Assembly (NCBI GenBank): GCA_004764695.1
Contig: SMSO01000037.1
Location: forward strand, 2,084,747 to 2,148,746
Direction: 5' to 3'
Source: Schizochytrium sp. TIO01
Taxonomy: Eukaryota; Protista; Bigyra: Labyrinthulomycetes
DNA: 64,000 nt
Both the position numbers and the translations under genes were made by a program. The first letter of the stretch is position 1, and each line of letters opens with the position of its first letter. Shown here piece after piece: positions 59,049 through 64,000 of the stretch. The notes below the pieces were generated by a model that ran no database searches, was not told the origin of the DNA, and worked only from the letters and a program-made list of their open reading frames with translations.

Positions 59049-60608
59049 TCACATAATCCCGGCAAAAGGATCAAATGCAACGTCGCCCGATGATTGGCGA
59101 GGGGGTTGTTGCTGCTGTTGATGTGTGGGGGGTCCGGGTCTCTGAGTTTGTTGACTCGAAAACGCCGAGAATGGATCGTGTGCGACTTGCTGTTGCTGTT
59201 GCTGAGGCGGCTGCTGGTACCCAAAGGACTGGGCACCTTGTTGCTGCTGCTGCGGTTGCGAATAATAACTTGCAGAATTGTTGCTGGCCGCATACTGTGC
59301 ATGTTGTTGCTGTTGATATTGCTGCTGATTTGACTGACCGTATCCGTTTGAAGTGGAGTACTGAGCCTGCGTAGGGTATTGTTGGTGTTGTTGTTGCTGG
59401 TGTTGCTGGTGTTGTTGCTGGTGTTGTTGCTGGTGTTGTTGCTGGTGTTGTTGCTGGTGTTGTTGCTGCTGCTGCTGAGGTGCATAGCCATAAGAAGAGG
59501 ACGAGGACGATTGATATTGTTGCTGTTGTTGCGGCTGTGTTTGCTGCTGCTGCGAGTAGAATTGTTGTTGCTGTTGTTGCTGTTGTTGCTGTTGGGGCTG
59601 CTGCTGGTACTGCTGGTTTGGAATGCCATAAGCTAAGCCATGCCCAGGTCCATAGGTGCTTCCAGAGGCGCTACCTTGGGAATAGAGAGAAGCCAGGTCG
59701 ATCCCAGCCTTTGATTGGGAAGGAGGGGCTGAAGACTGTGTCGACACAGACGATGATGATGCCACGGGCGCACTAGGAGGAGCAGACGCGTTTGCAAAAA
59801 AGTCCACATTAGAGTAGCTTTGTTGTTGCTGATGAGGCTGAGCGGTGCTACCTCCCATGCTCATTGTTCCGAAGCCATTAGTCACCTGCTGTACAGAAGC
59901 TCCAGCAGCGCTAGTTGCGGTTGCTTGAGGAGGAGCAGACTCAAAGCTGCCGAAGAAGTCGATTTCAGGCTCAGCAGTGGCCTGCACAACTTGTGCAGGC
60001 ACGGAGGGGACCTTCAAAGTTGAAGACATGGTCTTTTTGGATGTGGCAGCAGACTTCTTCTTCTTCTTTTTAGCAGCAGCCCGGCGGCGGCGCTCGGCCT
60101 CTTCCTCATCATCGGAGGAATCACTTGAGGATGAGTCCGAAGAGGAGTCTGAAGAGCTAGAACTACTTTCGTCCTTTGCAGACTTCTTCTTGGGCTTTGA
60201 CTTTGAGGAGGATGAGGACTTGCCAGAGCTCGGGACCCAGAGCTTCTTTTCGTACTTATCTGTAATGAACTTTTTCAATTTATACGAGAGCGCTTCGGCC
60301 TCGGCTTGGGATGGGCGGCCGGAGAAGTCCTTAGGGAGTTTGGCTTCCCAATACTCATTGGCCCTTTTGTTGCCGATTTTCTTCATGACCTCGTACCACT
60401 CCTGCTGCCATGTGTCAAGTTCTGTCGAGCGCACCTTGGAGATGTGAACGCCAAGATTGCGGTGAATTCCAGCACACTCAAGGCACAAAAACACACCAAT
60501 GTTGATCGATGCCCATGTTGGGCTCTTGATTGGGCAATCTGCACAATGCTTATTGTCAGCCTGCTTGAGCAAAGCTCGCAAAGCTTTCTTTACTTTTTCT
60601 GTAGACAT
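59049..60608 (-). CDS. ArfGAP domain protein (SMAP/AGD5-like) with Q/H-rich C-terminus
   Basis: ArfGAP zinc finger CADC...WASINIGVFLCLECAGIHRNLGVHISKVRS and GNKRANEYWEA; DFF/DPF motifs; polyQ tail. Confidence 0.95.
   Translation of the reverse strand: MSTEKVKKALRALLKQADNKHCADCPIKSPTWASINIGVFLCLECAGIHRNLGVHISKVRSTELDTWQQEWYEVMKKIGNKRANEYWEAKLPKDFSGRPSQAEAEALSYKLKKFITDKYEKKLWVPSSGKSSSSSKSKPKKKSAKDESSSSSSDSSSDSSSSDSSDDEEEAERRRRAAAKKKKKKSAATSKKTMSSTLKVPSVPAQVVQATAEPEIDFFGSFESAPPQATATSAAGASVQQVTNGFGTMSMGGSTAQPHQQQQSYSNVDFFANASAPPSAPVASSSSVSTQSSAPPSQSKAGIDLASLYSQGSASGSTYGPGHGLAYGIPNQQYQQQPQQQQQQQQQQQFYSQQQQTQPQQQQQYQSSSSSSYGYAPQQQQQQHQQQHQQQHQQQHQQQHQQHQQQQHQQYPTQAQYSTSNGYGQSNQQQYQQQQHAQYAASNNSASYYSQPQQQQQGAQSFGYQQPPQQQQQQVAHDPFSAFSSQQTQRPGPPTHQQQQQPPRQSSGDVAFDPFAGIM
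59379..59605. repeat. Coding CAG/CAA repeats including a 12-nt HQQQ unit
   Basis: (TGGTGTTGTTGC)n and (TGY)n runs on the + strand within the ArfGAP CDS. Confidence 0.9.
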
Positions 60609-61388
60609 GATGATACGCTAACACACTCCCAAGTGCCACTCAAGCTATTGCCAAATTGAGGTCTTTGGCACCAGCAAAGTATCTAGCTTTCGAGAGATCA
60701 AAAGACAATCTCGAAGATGCTAGAGTTGCTGCGCAACGATGAGAATCGTGTGCTTCTTTAGGTTAGATAGGTATATATAAAGTATTGCAATATTATGATT
60801 ACCAGTGCCAGCTCAACCGCCTTCTTGGACGATGAGCGCTACTACTACTGTTCCCAGAGCCGATCTCGCTGGTCTTAGGTCGTTGCAGCAGCTGGGACAG
60901 GGCCCAAGCCACTTAGTTTCTATAGTGTCTGCAAGAACGGCAAACAAGGCCTTCGTGGACTTGCCAGATAGGCCTGGCTTGAGCAAAGTCGCGAGAGAGA
61001 AGCCAGATTGCAGCTGCGATGTTATTTATACAGAACTTCACAAGGTGGACAGCTTGGGCTAAAAGACCTCATACGTGTGGATGGAGCAGGTAAATAGCCC
61101 ACGCAAATGGTAAGTGTAGGTATAAATTATCGTTTTCCTGCAGATGCAATGGTTTAATTAAATAGGCCTTTTACGAAGTGTTAGACCTCTTTGAATAGCC
61201 TGCACAAAAATGAGGATGCGGGCGCGACAATCCACCGCACAAGAAAAGCTGTCGGGCGAGCTGCGCAAATTAGGTAGTATTCAAGGACATCTATCGGTGG
61301 AAGACATCGTTCTGGATATTCTTTTCTTCGTTCGCTTCTGTGGCTGCTGTTTGTTGGCAAGTGTCACATTTCTCGGATGGCACGGGTG

Positions 61389-62110
61389 ATGAATGAGTGA
61401 ATGAATGAATAAACGAATGAATGAATGAGTCAATCAATGAGTCAATGAATGAGTCAATCAATGTCTATCTGAGTTTCTTGCCACCATCGTTGACGCAGCT
61501 CGATGCAAACATATCGCAAGGGCCTCGCCTGGAAAGAAAGTCTCGATTGATTGCGAGAGCGAGCCAACGACCTCTCGGATTCCACGCTGTACGTGGCATG
61601 TGCCTCTGTGAAGCAAATTTACAGCGTCCTCGAGCATCGCTTTCTGCGCAGCAGCAACTGAGATCTACTTGCCCACGAAGTTCTCGACTGCAAATCACCC
61701 AAAAGCCGCAGCATCACCAGCTGCAAGTCGACTGCATTGGCACAGTGCCAGGTCAAATCTCATATGTGTCCAGGTATGCATTCATTCATTTCAATCCATT
61801 CATTCATTCATTCATTCATTCGTTCATTCATTCGTTCGTCTCGATGCATAACTTGCGCTGCTAATCAGTACCTGCAGCTGCTCTAATTTAGCACGGCAGT
61901 TTTGGTTTGATAGCTCGCAATTTCTGAACTCGGCCTGTGTCTTCGAGCTTCTTGTCTGCGCAAGGTCATGGCGAAGGCGGAGATGGCTTCGAGTGATGCT
62001 CTGCAGTAGGAACATATGAGTTTTGTATTTCGTATGTATGTATGTATGTTGTATGTATGTATGTATGTATGTATGTATGAATGAATGAATGAATGAATGA
62101 ATGAATGATG
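61389..62110. repeat. Cluster of (GAAT)n / (ATTC)n / (TATG)n microsatellites
   Basis: Degenerate GAAT run at ~61389-61462, ATTC run at ~61778-61838, and TATG then ATGA run at ~62033-62108. Confidence 0.9.
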
Positions 62111-63172
62111 AAATGGAATGTGTCTCTCCATATGTCCACTTCCATCATCGCTGCCTCTTCGTTCCAGAAGTGGGAGTGGCATACGCGATGATGATGGCGC
62201 ACACGCCCAAAGAAAAAGAAAATTCGCACTTCACCTTTTGGCGATTACTGTACTTTAGTTTTGGAGATTGTTTTCACTTTACATCTGGGTAGGAATCACC
62301 TAATCAACCATTACTAGTAAGTAAGCAAGCTATTTTGTTTATTTGTTTGTTTATTTGATTGTTTATTTACGAAGCATAAATAAATAAATACTTAATTGTC
62401 TTCAAGTTGTTCGTTTTGTTGCAAATACCGTACTACTATGCGCTACCGGGGTTCTGAAGTAGGAGCTAAAGGCAGGCAGAGCATGCAGAACAGGGGGATT
62501 TCAGTCTTTTGATTAGCTAGGGTACAAGCTAAGTCCTCTTTTTGCTGTTGCATTAATTTTTCTTTCATTAAACTTTGTTTTTTATCTTCAATTACATTTT
62601 TAATTATTTTTAGGGAAGAAAAAAATTAGCGGGGGATTTACTTTCCTCCGCGAGCTCGAAATGCAGCATGGCAGTAGAGACTATTGGGGTATAGTTGTGT
62701 GAAAAGGTGCCTTTTCGATGGTGGGGCAGTTTGATAAGGACTTTGGAGAGTTGCCGACTGAAAAAGCACTCATGAGGGAATAGTTGGGATTGAGGGTGCC
62801 TTTTCTATCTTTGGTTTCTCAGAACTTGGCATTCTTTCACCCCCATTTTTTTTTTTTTTTTTTAAAAAGATCATTTCTCATTTTTATAAAAAGTAAAGTT
62901 TTTAATTTTAAAGGGGTAAAGAGTTAAATTAAAATGTCGGCACTTTGATTCGATTCTGAAATTAATATCGTGCGGTACTCAAGCTCGAATAAATCTGTCA
63001 AGTTTATCATCGCAACACACATTTGAGTGCGCCGGTGCTATTTCGCAATGTCATCGTGAATGTACAGGGGACCATTGTAACTTCACCAAGGCCTGCAGCT
63101 TTATCAAGCTTCAACTCATTAGATTAACTTATTCGATTTGCAAGCCATAGCGCGTTTTTCTCTGGTTCTGCA

Positions 63173-63236
63173 CATCCTCGTCATCCTTGTCATCCTCGTC
63201 ATCCTCGTCATCCTCGTCATCGGCATCCTCGTCATC
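63173..63236. repeat. 9-bp minisatellite (CATCCTCGT)n
   Basis: About 6-7 near-perfect copies. Confidence 0.9.
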
Positions 63237-64000
63237 GGCTTATCATGCAATGGTATGAGCTTGAACTTTGCCAAACCTGTTTTTGTAGACTTGTGGCATC
63301 GTGGCATCGTGGGCGGCCATCATCACTGTCCACCACGCTTTGCTGTAGTGGTGATGCCTCAAGTCAGTTCTAGTGAACGGCAAATTCTGTATCCGGAAGC
63401 TTGCAGTTCTGAACACGCCTCAAACGGATACGGCCGTGTCTCGCAGGCTACTGTGAAGGATGCCGCTACGCAGCACAAATAATCGAATTAGTGCAAGACA
63501 ACGAAATCCTCTGCAAGTCTGACCACCCGGTTCACCAAATGTAATGCAACCCGTAATCCCATCCGTCAAATCACAGCAAAACTCCCACAATCTCATTAAA
63601 TCGCAGCCACGGGAGTTAAGCACATTTGAGAGGTCTATCTCCACCCCAAGATTGCCCAAGTTATGCTCCCAAACCCGGCGACTTCGAGTTCGAGAGTTTG
63701 GAGAGCGCCGTTTGCTCGTCTTCGGGAATGCGCTGCACGCGTCAAAATGAAGGCCTCTGAGAGATCAATTCCACACTCCCATTCTACGCATTCATTCGTT
63801 TGGGCATTCGAGCATTCATTCATCCATTTGGCGGGACTCCAAAAACCTTCTGTCACAAAAGCAGACGAATGTAGTTCTTTGGTAAATAACAAACAACTTC
63901 AAGAATTGCAATATACTCCTACTAAAGTTTTCCATAGCTGGAAACGCCTAAGGTAGAGCAGGACCTCCCGACCAGACCGCCCCAAGCTCTCCGTTCATTG

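Noticed and set aside
59027-59776. Poly-N, poly-L and poly-V/A ORFs overlapping the ArfGAP
   Set aside because: Alternative frames of the CAG/CAA repeat.
1-64000. tRNA, rRNA or snRNA genes, or a functional operon-like gene cluster
   Set aside because: No T-loop/D-loop cloverleaf or rRNA/snRNA consensus recognised. The genes are functionally unrelated housekeeping neighbours apart from the SLC17 tandem pair.

Overview
Eukaryotic nuclear DNA, not prokaryotic. It is gene-dense and intron-poor, with short GT-AG introns, Kozak-like starts and microsatellite-rich spacers. Gene content and style suggest a flagellated stramenopile, most likely a thraustochytrid/labyrinthulomycete (inference). I can support 17 protein-coding genes: an LRR + XK-related (scramblase-family) fusion, mL46, PIG-T, mitochondrial SHMT, a MAPEG protein, an ankyrin protein, two tandem SLC17-type MFS transporters, a GT13 GlcNAc transferase, a ~2080-aa EF-hand protein, an AAAP amino-acid permease, an MRS2/CorA Mg channel, a CMC-type twin-CX9C protein, TEN1, exportin-4, PDCD2/TSR4, jouberin (AHI1) and a polyQ ArfGAP; counting the two SLC17 copies separately gives 18 CDS entries. 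Six genes needed manual splicing; TEN1 and CMC are effectively invisible in the ORF track. The best candidate for an undescribed system is the single polypeptide joining about 13 RI/NLRC3-type LRRs to an XK-family membrane domain, a possible sensor-gated lipid scramblase. No tRNA, rRNA, CRISPR array or intact transposon was recognised. All family assignments are by-eye motif recognition, without database searches.
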